A stretch of 64,000 bases of DNA from Lytechinus pictus (taxonomy: Eukaryota): positions 15,378,001 through 15,442,000 of the forward strand of contig NC_087251.1 in NCBI RefSeq assembly GCF_037042905.1, written 5' to 3'. Below, in pieces: positions 1-12,099 of this stretch. The first letter of the stretch is position 1, and every line of letters begins with the position of its first letter. The notes below the pieces were generated by a model, which saw only the letters and a program-made list of their open reading frames with translations, made no database searches and was not told the origin of the DNA. Position numbers and translations under genes: made by a program.

Positions 1-1723
1 ATTTTTAATAATCTGTTCGTGAATTTCTGTAACTTAAAAACTGATGCAATTTATTGAATCACGTACCTCGATCTTCCCACTCATGGTGCAAGAAAATATT
101 TTTGAAATTCAAAATCGCCAAAATATACATTTAAAGAAAGGTTATTCAGCCGTCATCATCAGTAGTAGTATAGACATGTCTATAAATATGCATTCGCTTC
201 GAATATTGACTTCTTCACCATGCAATCCCGCACACGTACGATTAACATCCCCTTGTCATTGTCCACGCCACGACCCCTCCCCTTTTGCTCAGTCTCTCCC
301 TTCGACCATCCTAGCTACAACCCCTCCCCCCCCCTTCCTCTCTTTCAAACACGCTGTATTTGTAGGCCTACATAGTACATTATTTAAAAATAGAAATCTG
401 CTTTCCTGTCAATTAAACTTTACTTTCAAAACATTTTAAATCGCAATTAATTATAATAAGAACAAAATCGTAATATTAATGTATTATTAATGACTAAAAA
501 TATTTCTCCCACTAGTGATGGGCACATTCATTATTTTATAGGTGAGTGTAGAACAATACAAATGAACATAGCAATAATTGACAGTGATAAACGAATCTTG
601 ATTGGATATTATTAGTATAAGCATCATCAACAGAAGTCTTATGAGGGTTATAGTTTCATCGAGTATCTGAAAATAAAACAAACATGCAAATTATATAAGT
701 TGGAGACCCCGTCTCATGAATAACGATGTCCATTATTTGGAAGACTCGGACGTTTTCTTCCGAGGCTTCCAAATAAAGTCGGAACAATCTTTGGATTTAG
801 CAAGGGCGTGGTGCGGCGCGGCGCAAGCTCAAAGGGCTACGCATGCGATCCGTAGATGAAGTCGGTCATTGACACACATTCACAAAATTAATCGCACTTT
901 CTGAGGACGTAGCGATCTAGACATTGGAAAGTATGGAGTACATTTATCGATGTTATCGATGTGGTTAAATCTTTAAACTGTAAGTATAAAATGAGATTGA
1001 ATTTAAATCATTTCTTTGCCTTTTTTCATCAGTACTTGCCTTTCTGCTTCAATCGCAATTCACGCAACCGTTACGGCTGTGTGGCCGCGCCGGAGCATTA
1101 AATAGACATAAAAGTGGTGCATTTAGCAGCAATCTAAGCTCGTCGATATTGATGTTTTCGATAGCTACCGCGCTCCGCGCGGGAGGGGGGACACCCCCCT
1201 CCTGAACCCTCCTCTCGTGCGTGCTTCGCACGCACCGAGGCCGCTGCGCGGCTTGCGTCACTTCGCGCCGCCAAGCGTCAGAATGAACCTGGCGAGAACA
1301 TTGGTGTGCTTGTAGAGTAGATATGTGCACTGTACAAATATCTTGTGTTGCTATGTCGTTATTGATACTTTTTACAATAATCACATGAATGTGTACAAAA
1401 AGTCCAAACACAAAACATTTTAAGACAAAAGTGGAAAAAAAAATTACCTGTACAGGGAAAGCTTATAAAAACACAATGCAATATATAGATATATGTGTAT
1501 CCATATGATGCAGTAACATCGTCAGTGTTACTATGATCATATTTAGCTAATTAGTGATGATACTACCCTGGCATACAAAAACATTTGAATAGCTGCGATT
1601 ATTGGATATCCATGTAGTCTACAGGTTTTTCTAGTAATTCTCGGTGGAGAGGCTTTGGATTATGATAAATTTTGATACATTGTCAAGAAATATGATTTTC
1701 CTTAATTGTTTTCATCTATGTAG

Positions 1724-2508
1724 GTTCTTCCTAATGTACCTCATTAACAAGCCAGAGACAGAGCATACTGGCCAGGTATGTACATAAACTTGATATATTT
1801 CTCCTGTGGTATTGATGATGATAGTGAATTTCATATAATTTATGCATGTTATGTCATGCTGGAAGAGTGAAAATCACCACAGAATTTTCTTAAATTATAT
1901 CTCCTGATGCTCAAAATAAGTCATGAAGACTGTTTTGAACTTTGGACTGTTCATACAGTTTATATTTTCATATTTATGGTTATTTTTATTATTATGTTCA
2001 GTGTAAATGAAATTGTTATTGTATTGTGTCCTTTTATCTTGTGGCAAATAATCTCTTTACTACCCCTGTTCTCTTCTCATTTCATTATTTCTTTTCTATC
2101 TGCTCTTCTCTCTCTCTCTCTTCTCTTTATTACTCTTTTTTTTGCACACACACTCACTCTTCAAATTTCCTTAATCCTGTCTCATGAATACCACTCTATA
2201 TTCTTTTTCTTACTCACCTTTTGTCTCATCTGTTCCTCATTATACTTCACGAATCCTTTACATTCATATATTATTCACCCTTTCCCTTTGTTTCTTTGTA
2301 TATCCTCCACTCCCCTGGTGCATATCAATTCTTCTCCCTTTCCCCTTCTCCATCTCACTTCTCCTCTTTTTCTCTCTCTCTCTATTTCTCACTCTTTTAC
2401 TTTCTCCAACAGGAGTCCTATGTATGGCAGCTTTATCAGCAGAGATGCTGGGATTTCTTTCCTGTCGGTGATTGCTTCCGCAAGCAGTACGATGACGAGC
2501 AAGCATGA
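1724..2508 (+). CDS. RyR: Ryanodine receptor, last two coding exons: join(1724..1775,2413..2508); the rest of the gene is upstream of the window
   Basis: Spliced translation [48 protein letters not shown] matches the conserved RyR C-terminus (vertebrate [47 protein letters not shown]). Acceptor AG at 1722-1723, donor gtatgt at 1776, long pyrimidine tract plus AG at 2411-2412, TGA at 2506-2508. Confidence 0.96.
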
Positions 2509-2973
2509 TGAGGAGCAGGACAATGACCCCTATGATTACTAAGTCCAAAGATGTCAAAGGTTATCGAGGCCAGGATGTACCCAGGAAATAGAATACCTCC
2601 TGGTAACTGCTTAGCTTGTTAAATGCCGAGTCCAATCAATATCTTGGTCCTTACTGTATTGGATTGAGATTTTGGGTTCATGTGTAAAGAAAAGAAGATG
2701 TGAATTTAAATCTCCCAAACATGTCTATTCACTGGAAGGTTCATTTACTACTAAGTTACTATTCAATTACAGTTTCCATAGTAGCATTGTTTTTTAGCCA
2801 ATCAAAAGCAACCATTATTATGTACTTAACTCACTGAACATAGTTTGATGTCAGTACATACACATTTTCTGTAGACCCTAGCCATTGTTATCTCTGGCAT
2901 AGGACTCAGTGGGTTAATAGCATCTTAAGTGAATGGGGACCATATGGACCTAATTCCAGAGGAGCAAAATTAC

Positions 2974-3705
2974 TCAATTCTCGCTACCCCAAATAGGAAC
3001 AAAAATCTCATAATGCGCGAGACGAGATAATTTTCACTCCGTTGGGTCGTCATCACCACTTCCGGTTCAGAGTCATGCTCGCGCGAGGTTCGTGATACTG
3101 AGTTTTCCACCACGCTGAAATCGATGCCAATCAGCGTAATATGTACAGATTATAATATTTATTTAATTTGGTCAGTTTTGATTCCATTTGAATTATGAAT
3201 AAAAATAAAAAATGTATTTCACGTGAAAATAATTTTTATTCATGTTTTTATTAGGTTATAAAAAATTAAAAAAGAAATGAATATCTTAAAATTTTGCATT
3301 AAATTACGGTCGTATTCGACTAGACGCTAAATATATACAGCATTCATTCCATTCAATTTTTCGACGACCACAAAATGGATAAAAAATCAGTTTCGGAACT
3401 TAAAAAAAATCTTAACTGACAGAGGAATACCGTGTAATGAAAAGCGTCGGGCAGAATTAGTGACTTTAGCAGAAAAGGCTGTTAAACTGTATCGTGAAAG
3501 AGAGGGTTGTGATCACGAACTTTCCGAGCGAAAGCTACGTTGTGTTGTTGTGCATGACGACACTGTTGATCTGAATGGCAAAACAGTGCATTGGACTTCC
3601 GAACAGGAAGTTGTAATACCGAAAAAGCTATCCCATAATGCAATGCACGTTACAGGGATTTTCCCGGATCTCGATGAAATCGCTATTTGGGGTAGCGAGA
3701 ATTGA
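2974..3705 (+). mobile_element. Internally deleted DNA transposon with 23-bp TIRs, carrying a frameshifted SAP-like ORF remnant
   Basis: TIR tcaattctcgctaccccaaatag at 2974-2996 and its perfect reverse complement at 3683-3705, flanked by tac/tac. ATG at 3375 reads MDKKSVSELKK, then a frameshift in an A8 run, then ILTDRGIPCNEKRRAELVTLAEKA. Confidence 0.8.
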
Positions 3706-4740
3706 TACTGTCTTTTGACTGGCTTTGGTTGTTCCTGTTACCTACATGAAAACTAGGAGGTCCCCTTAAATAGCAAATTTCAGGAGTTGATTGGCTATTA
3801 AAGCAGATTCCAGATAGCATTCACCCTGCCAGTGTAATTGCTAGGAGTCAAACTTTTCCTGATGGAATATATCCCAAAGAATCGTGGTTATGGTGGCATT
3901 CAGTTATCATAACAAGACAACATCAGATTTGAACTGTGATTGGTCAACAGCAAATTTCTCAAATGCCAGTGTTTGGGTTATTAACACCAGCCAACTGCAT
4001 CACCCTACTTCAGACAAGGCTGGTGTAAGGTTAACGTTTATTTCATTTTGAGCTTTTTAAAGTGCAATTAATAATCATTTTCTAAAGCCAAGTTGCAGCT
4101 CAGTAAATCTGCCTATTTTTTGTTCCCTAACCACCATACTTGAAATCACATTAGATGTTAATTTTCTGCAGTTTTGTAAATAGCCTTTTGGATGCACTTT
4201 TTAGATTTTTTGATTGATTAAGAGATCAAATATATTTGTTCTTTTGCTCACATGATAACTTTTCTCTTAGATAGCTGTGTGATAAGTTATGTTTCTTTAT
4301 CTTTGGGGGAGGAATGAAAATGCAAACTATTTCTGGGTTTTTTCTGGATTTGGTTATGTTTTTCTTTCCTTTGATTATCACAAACTATTTGTTAAAGTGT
4401 ATAAAAATTTCCGGACTTGAAAATATAAAGAGTTTCTTGAGAAATTATGTGGTGTGTAACTATAAGTCCATTAATGAAGGAACATAAAAACATGACAATG
4501 TTTGATATTTTGGATATTCCGTAGCTGGAACACATATTAAGACCATGAAAGAAACACAAGAATTGAGTCAAAATTGTTAACAGCTCAGCAGTGGCCAATG
4601 TGCTGGAAGTTGGATCTGATTAAAATGGACCTGCATTATATATTTAAAATATAATAATCATGACATGTATTTTTTTTTCTATTGGGTGCAAAAATTGTGC
4701 ATAAATTGATGCACTGGTCAATCTAACAAACCAGCTTTAA

Positions 4741-5676
4741 GGACGTTCCACAGTTATGTTTGTGCGCATTATGATCTGCGCATAGTTTACACTCTGCGCG
4801 CTGACGTCACAATGGATGAACAGGTGATTAATTAGCTGCGGGTATGAGCTGATTTTTCTCATCTTCTGCACTTTAACTGCAGATCCGATGCGTTATTTCA
4901 TGAAGATAAAAAATTGAATTATTCCATGGACCATTCTAAAAAATATTCTCTACAATTTCAAAATACTTTACTCTGCAGTGCTGCCAAGAATCACGAATAT
5001 TACCCCGAGTTTGAATAAATGGTAGAGTGGTTTTGATTTTTTATTCACATATATACTAAGCGTTCGGCGCATTTTTGGTGTTTTAAAAAGCACATTTGCT
5101 CTAATAAAAATGGGGATAGTTTAAAAACAAGCACATGAACCCCTATTTTTTAATGTTTGTACCTCTTAGGTATACATTCCTCTACAACTCTGCAAATTTT
5201 GGTGAAAATGACATGGATTTTTAATAAAGTGCAGCATTTATTGTACGTTTGTAGTTTGTTACTGAAATTTTACATTTTTTAGATTGGGATTTTGTTATCT
5301 TTTACGCCATTTTTAAGAACTGACAGTGCTGTTAAACTTAAAATTGCAAACAAATAGCACTATAAATAGATTCTCCATTCTAAGGATACAATTATTAACT
5401 CTCTTGCAAAATTTGATGACTTTTTCATGTATTTTGACTGAGTAATAGAGGTTTAAACTCATTGTAGTAATCTTGGGCGGTCTAAAAATGCCAAATTCTT
5501 TTGAATGCGCAATTCTTAAAAACATCAATTTGGGTGAACTTCGAAGCTCTATAGCAAAAAATCAAGCACATGGACCTATGTTAACTTTTGCATATTTCGA
5601 ATATTAAGGTTCTAAAGTATCTATGTGCACAGTTTGGTGAAAATGACATGGATTTCACTTTAACTGTGGAACGTCC
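4741..5676. mobile_element. Non-autonomous TTAA-targeting element (Kolobok-like, purine termini)
   Basis: Perfect 16-bp TIR ggacgttccacagtta/taactgtggaacgtcc; TTAA at 4737-4740 and 5677-5680. Confidence 0.85.
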
Positions 5677-6347
5677 TTAAATGGAAATTGAAAACTTCCC
5701 ATAGCAGTAACTCTTATTTCATAATATGAATTCAGCCTAACTCTTTACAGTACTTTGAAGCCCCATCATGATATTCTTCTTATTAGTTTGGATTGATCAC
5801 TTCATTGTAATTTTTTTTGTTTAGGAATCAATGTCTATTTGTACACTTTATATCTACATGTAGAGATGATTCCTAAAATTTGTAATCTATATTTAATTTT
5901 CAAAATTTTGATTTTGCCAGTTAGTTTATTACTTGCATGTGTGTGATTGAGGGTCAGATATATGTTTCTTTTTATAACAAATAAATTTACTCCTCCATTT
6001 TGTTCAAAAAAAGGGTTCAATAAACAAAATTATGTGTAATTTCCTTTTTTTTTTTTTATTACTGCAATATGATGAAACAAATAAGTGTGATATCATGTTT
6101 ATCAAGTTTAACTTGAAATCGAGTGAAATTCAGACACTCACATCTTTGGAATATTTTTCATGTACAAGCCTTCTGGGACATGTTGAATTAGAATCCAATC
6201 TTTTTTTCTAAATATGGTGCAGAATGATTACATCTACTTGGTGTATATCATTATATGTTTTTTTCTTCTTCTAGATCGCTTTGAGTGTCAATGTCTTCTT
6301 TAGCCTAGAAACATACAGTAGACAAACTTCAGAGTTAAAGCTCGAAA

Positions 6348-6693
6348 AGGGCAGTGCTGCACCAGCCCGAGTTTGCTCAATCTCAAGATTTTAGCCTGGT
6401 CGGCCCTCATCACGAGTAATCTTGAGATTAAAAAACCCCGTCTCCACTATCACAAGAAGAGCGAGGCATCGATGTATTATGGTCTGAATTAGTGGGATAA
6501 TTCCTAAAATAGCGCCCTATTTTGCAAATAATCCCAAGTTGACTTGGGATTGCAATCTCGAGATTAATCCAGCGAACTAGCTCGATAATTGCATCTCCAT
6601 TACAAATAATCTTGAGATTGTTCGGAATGGGATAATTTGCCGGATCAGAAAAAGTGCGCTAATTTGAAAACTCTGGCTGGGGCAGACGTCCCT
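6348..6693. mobile_element. Degenerate MITE
   Basis: Imperfect inverted repeats ctgcaccagcccgagttt (6357) and aaactctggctggggcag (ending 6685); internal repeated aatctcaagatt-like palindromes; TSD unclear. Confidence 0.5.
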
Positions 6694-7909
6694 CAATAAT
6701 TCTCTATTCTTGAAGTGGAACTTTCATATTTGCGTGCTTATTTAATTACTGTACTAAGATACCACAGCAATATATCACAACTCACTGTGACTGGTTTATC
6801 AAAAGAAGTTATAATTGTATTTCTTGCTTTGTTTTATGTGCAATGTATTTTAGGCAGATTGTAGAGATATTTTTCAACAGTTTCTTTTTGATGAAGTAAA
6901 TGACTCTGATCATGGAGAGTTTAATATTTTGCTTCATGATAATAGTTCTTGTAGACCCATTAATGTTAAATAAAATGGAGATCTCATTTGAGGTAAAATG
7001 TATGAACTTGATGTAACTTATTGCAATTCGAAAGCAATGAATGTGTTGTGATCTGCCTTTACCATGACAAAAAAAACATATCTGATTGATGAATATGATT
7101 ACACAGAACTTGATATCATGCAAATTTAATATGTTTTGGAGATATGAAATGTTTTATCAATAATTTATTTCTATAACAAGAGTTTAGCTATATCTTCACA
7201 TTTATTGCAATTTAATGCTGGTTTGATTTTTTTAATGTCTTGATTTAATTTATATGACATCAAAGATTTTCCTGGTTATGCATCATGTAATGGTATTTAG
7301 ATCTATTGTTTGTGTCTGTATGTTTGTGTATTTATTATGACTTTTTGAATCTTTTGTGCTTCTTGATATTTAATCAGACGATTAAAATAATTTGTCATAA
7401 GTGTTTGCTTCAGTTTTGTCTGTGATTGAATTGAAAATATGAATGAAATCCAAAGTTGAAAGGCGCCAGTTAATGTATCTAAATGGGTAATTCTATTTGT
7501 ATGCTACTCACACTGGTGACATGTTCTAGTAAATACCCCAAAACAATTCTAAAGTGGGACTGAATTTCCTATAACCCCATTCAGATTATGCCAAATAATA
7601 AACTTTACATTCAGAATGCTCATTTACAAAATAAAAATCTACAAAGATCAGACTTCAATGTATTAAATAGGATTCATAGAACTGATGATAGAATTGATTT
7701 AGCACCCCAAACATGTTAATGAAGAGCATGTTTAACTTGTAAGCATAGCTTTATTAAATTTTACCTAATTTTACCAAAGAAAAGAGGGTACATATTGCCC
7801 CTTTTCTGTCACCCCTCAATCCCAGCCGCACTTATCCACACCTGTTTCAACCTAAAGTTCATCATGGTGAAGTTGGATTTGATGATGGTTGAAAATGAAG
7901 ATAATTATG

Positions 7910-8140
7910 CTAATGGTGATGGTGGTGGTGATGATGATGATGATAATGGTGGTGGTGGTGGTGGTGGTGGTGGTGGTGGTGGTGGAGGTGGAGTTGGTGG
8001 TGGTGATGGTGGTTGTGGTGATGGTGGTGGCGGTGGTGATGGTGGTGGTGGTGATGGTGGTGGTGATGGTGGTGATGGTGGTGGTGATAATGATGGGAAT
8101 GGTGATGGTGGAGATGATGGGATTAGTGATGATAATGGCG
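7910..8140. repeat. (GGT)n/(GAT)n trinucleotide low-complexity tract
   Basis: Directly visible; explains the Gly-, Val- and Pro-rich ORFs in three frames. Confidence 0.95.
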
Positions 8141-8219
8141 AAGATGTTGATAACAATCTTATTAATGATTGATTTATTTATTCATTATTTTATTTCCATG
8201 TAATTTTTTTAAGATCTAC

Positions 8220-8305
8220 AAATAGATGGTTTAAATAAAAATTAATAAAACGGCTGCTGTTTTTTACTCCCGTATGGCCGCCGTAGAGCAAATGTGACTG
8301 AGGTA
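8220..8305. mobile_element. Right half of the hairpin MITE family seen complete at 30405-30566
   Basis: aataaaacggctg...ggccgccgtagagcaaatgtgactgaggta matches 30507-30566. Confidence 0.65.
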
Positions 8306-9290
8306 TTAGAGGGTTCTGTTTCTGAAATGATAGACTAGGATTCTTTAGTGTTAAACATGCCGCATTCCAAGAATCTAATCCATAAGGTATATGGGGTAAA
8401 ATGAAAGAAATGATCATGATATTCGTTCACACAGAGGGAATCGGGCCATGCAGTAATAAATTTATAATATCAACAAAGTATTCTGTCATTATTTTGTTTA
8501 TGAAATAACACTTCTACTACGAAAATTGGTGTTTACTTTCCTCAATCATTTCACTCTCTTACATCTAAGTTATTTGATAAGGCTTCTTTCTTATTTTCTT
8601 CACTTCCCTTTCCTTTAATTTCCATTTTCCCTCTCCGTTGGGACATTTTGACCCACTTATCTCCAAATTTTCTTATGTGTTTTATAAGGAAAATTTGTAT
8701 TTTCGGTAAGTTGAATGCCTCTCATCATTCACATAAAATTTGAACCATTTCGATAAATTCCTTTCAAATTATTCATTAATCTCAGAATAACTTTTTGTAA
8801 GTTATAATGGGCTCTTCCATCATTATTATAGGATATTTGCCCAAAATATTATTTTTCATCCATCTCAAATTAAGGTAAACCTGTACATATCTAAAACTTT
8901 AGGGCTCAAAATGTCTTTTTCATTAGAATCTGAAGCATACAAATACTATATGGAGGACTATACGCAGTTTTTAGTTTTTATTGTGTGTTTTTTTACACTC
9001 TGGCAGAATTATGAGAATTATTTAAAAAGTACTTTCTTTGTTTGATAATTCTGAATCTCATTATGTCACACCTAATGAGCAGATATTTTTAATTAAGTTC
9101 CAGAAAAGTAGTGCTAAAGTGTAACGCAACAAGCCTTATTATGTTGTTAACCACGATTGTTTTTTCAGTCACAAATTGTAAGGCTACCTAAGACACGTTA
9201 CATAACATATCAATGAAATATCCAGCAATAGAACTAATATCACAATTCGGTTTTTTCTGAACCCAGAATTATCAAACTTTGGAGACAAAT

Positions 9291-9534
9291 CAATGGCGTA
9301 CAGAGGGGGGCTTGGAGCGCTTCCCCCCAAAAAAAATCACAACCAATTTAAAAAAAAAAGGAAAGAGGGAAGGTAACAATATAATATTGGTTTCTGATTA
9401 TTATGTAAAAATCTATCACAAGATTGGATTTTTGTAATAAAAATGTCTAAATTTTTGCTCGCTCGCAACTGTATATACATTTTGCCCGATTTGCCACTTC
9501 TAGTCCCCTCAATTTTTAGCTCATTGCGCCACTA
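9291..9534. mobile_element. hAT-like MITE
   Basis: Ends caatggcgta / tgcgccacta; 8-bp TSD agacaaat/ggacaaat (7/8). Confidence 0.65.
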
Positions 9535-10358
9535 GGACAAATCACGTCTCAAATTTTCATGTTCTCTTTTCGTAACATAACGAATCAAAATTAACGTTCT
9601 AATTTCTGAAACTATTATCCGAATTCATTTTGATGATGTGAACTAGGCTTTGTCTAGAGCATCAACATTACAAAAATAAAGTCAAATGTAGGAACAAATC
9701 TTGGAAAAAAATCATGAAGTTGCACTATTTTCGCTCAAAGTTTGAAGCAGATTATATCATAGGTACTCAAATTCCCTGGAACATGTATAACCCAAAATCT
9801 TGTGATCATTTAAAATAGCTTTGTCTCACTTAATTCTCCATGACCACCCTACTCCAAGTTCCGCCCAATAAATTCACAAGTCAGTATGATGACCCACAAT
9901 TTTACTTTTTCAATATATTAGAGACATATCAGGAATATCTGGGGTGATCTATTCATTTATGGGGGACGCAAATATTGGTTAGTTTTTCAATGAAAGATTT
10001 GAATATTTTAAAAGTTACAGACCTACGGCGACATGCGCCAAAACGCCATTCATCTTCCTATTCATACCGAAGTGCAAAATGCTTCTCATTTTATATTGAA
10101 CAGAATATGGGAGAGTAAACTTACAAATTGATGAAAGAAAGACAGAAGGAAGGAAGGAAAAGAAGAAAGAAAGAAGGAAAGAAAGAAATAAATTATCAAC
10201 ATATTATGATAATCAATAGATAGATCCAAAATGAAACCAATAATAGGCAAAATATAATTATTAATCTATAAGATTAATAAACGGTTTTGAAAGTGGTGTG
10301 GGAGGGGGGGTGGGTTGACCATGCAATCAATCACAATCAGATGGTTATTTTTATATCA

Positions 10359-12075
10359 TACCCCCATCTCACTAGGAAGGCGATCGTGGCGACCATGACG
10401 ATCTGTGTAAATCCCGCAAATCGTAGCAGAATCTTCCTCGAATTCTATTTTTAGCCTGCGAGACGATTGCACTGCAACTTCTATGCGACCGACCTGCGCT
10501 GAAGGCGATGGTAATACGCTGAAAGTACGACGATGCCACTTTCTTGCGACGATTCGAGGCAGATGTGATGCGCTGCTTCTGCGATCAAAGCGATCGTACA
10601 ACGAGGCTCATACGCTAATTAGGACCTCGGTACGGTGGTGCTACGAATGAAGCGATTATGTTACGTTCATGATGGGCTCTTGAAACGATTTCAAGCAATC
10701 GGCATACTAATCGCGGCACATGACACATTTTTCAGTCGATTGCCAACCTCCGACCAACATGGATGTCCAGAATTTGGTTGGACTTATACATCTTGGCATT
10801 CTAAAAGAACATCAGTTAAAAGTTGAATGCGAGGACAGGAGAAGGATGAGGCCAAAAAGATACAGGGTCCGATCCTGGCTGTCACCTAAGTCATAATATA
10901 CAATATTTTTAAAATTTCATTCAAAAGATGTCGAGTAGCCTAATAGTTAATATGAGGGATGCATCCAGAATTTCATGAAAGAGCATAAAAATCTTTGATA
11001 TTCTGTTTATTTTTTCCACAAAAGTTTGTCACTCAAAAATATTTGGTAAATTCCTTTCAAATTTGCTGACAAGAAGTAGTCTACTGATGTGAGAGCACTC
11101 ATAAAAAAGGAGGGGGGGAGGGGGGCACAATGCCAGAATCTCCCTAAAGATTGCCTTTCCCAATCAATACATTAGTGATCGAATCATTAACAAAATTTGA
11201 TGTTGTCTACTGTCACTGTGGTTAGAATTCAATTTATTTTCAAAACATAATCAATTTATATATTTCTGCAGAGGTAACCCATTTCGTCATCAAGACATGT
11301 AAACGTCTTTTTTCTCTTTCCAGCTGGCTCAGCAGTAAGAATTTCATCCTCCTCCTGTACCCCCCTCCTCTTCCTCCTCTACCACCACCATAACCCCTTG
11401 ATCTACCTCTTCGACCGCCGGCCTGAGAGGGGTAGCTTGGGCAGCTTTCCCTTTTCTGGTCCTTTTTCTGGGAGGTATGTTTGAAAACGTCGTGGTATCG
11501 CCTCGTAATCTGTTGCAAATATGATAATCCGCCACCATCGGCACGGCATTTTATAGCAGCGCGGACGGTTGTTGCGCAATCGCTGCCCAGTCATCAGCGG
11601 CGCAACAAAAGCGCAACGCGAACGCCTGAAGCGGGCTGAGAACGTGTGCCACATGCCACCCAAAGAAGGAAGCGTCGTGGTGGAAGCTGTGTGAAGCGTG
11701 TCGAGCGGAAGCAGCGTAGCAGAATTGTCTTGGGAACGGGCCTGAAAACCACGGGCGATCGGTGCCGCTTTTAATGCACTTATACTACGCTTTATGCGTT
11801 GGGGCTCCGTTACAGCTACGAATATGTCGTTTGTAATGCGCTCATGACTCGATTGTGATGCGCTTTAGCACCTCCGCGATCTTGCTACGTAAGTTTTGAA
11901 CATGTTCAAAATTTTGTGGCGACCAGGAAGATGGTGGCGATCCTTGCCGCTTCAGAAAAGATCAAGGTACGACGGAGAAGATTGAAAAGATCAAGGCACG
12001 ATCAAGCTACGTTATACCACGGTTTGTCGATTTTTGACGATCGCAGTGGAATCGCCATCTAGTGAGATGGGGGTA
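10359..12075 (-). mobile_element. Internally deleted PIF/Harbinger-like element (TACC...GGTA termini)
   Basis: 17-bp perfect TIR tacccccatctcactag; flanks tca/tta; CpG-rich cgatcg-rich subterminal arms; minus-strand coding remnant PPRKRTRKGKAAQ...VEEEEE at about 11345-11480. Confidence 0.75.
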
Positions 12076-12099
12076 TTAAGGTAACGGGAAGAATCAGAA

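Noticed and set aside
900..1303. Apparent exon (ATG at 933, donor at 980) and GC-rich hairpins
   Set aside because: The frame stops after 11 codons and is not RyR-like. It is probably the end of an intronic element (ctggcgagaacattg at 1289-1303) whose other end is outside the window.
1907..2542. 211-aa hydrophobic ORF
   Set aside because: It is the pyrimidine-rich RyR intron read through; only 2413-2508, in another frame, is coding.
6019..7386. RyR poly(A) signals (AATAAA at 6019, ATTAAA at 7381)
   Set aside because: Plausible, but indistinguishable from background in AT-rich DNA without transcript data.
7795..8203. Gly-, Val/Met- and Pro-rich ORFs
   Set aside because: All are translations of one GGT/GAT microsatellite.
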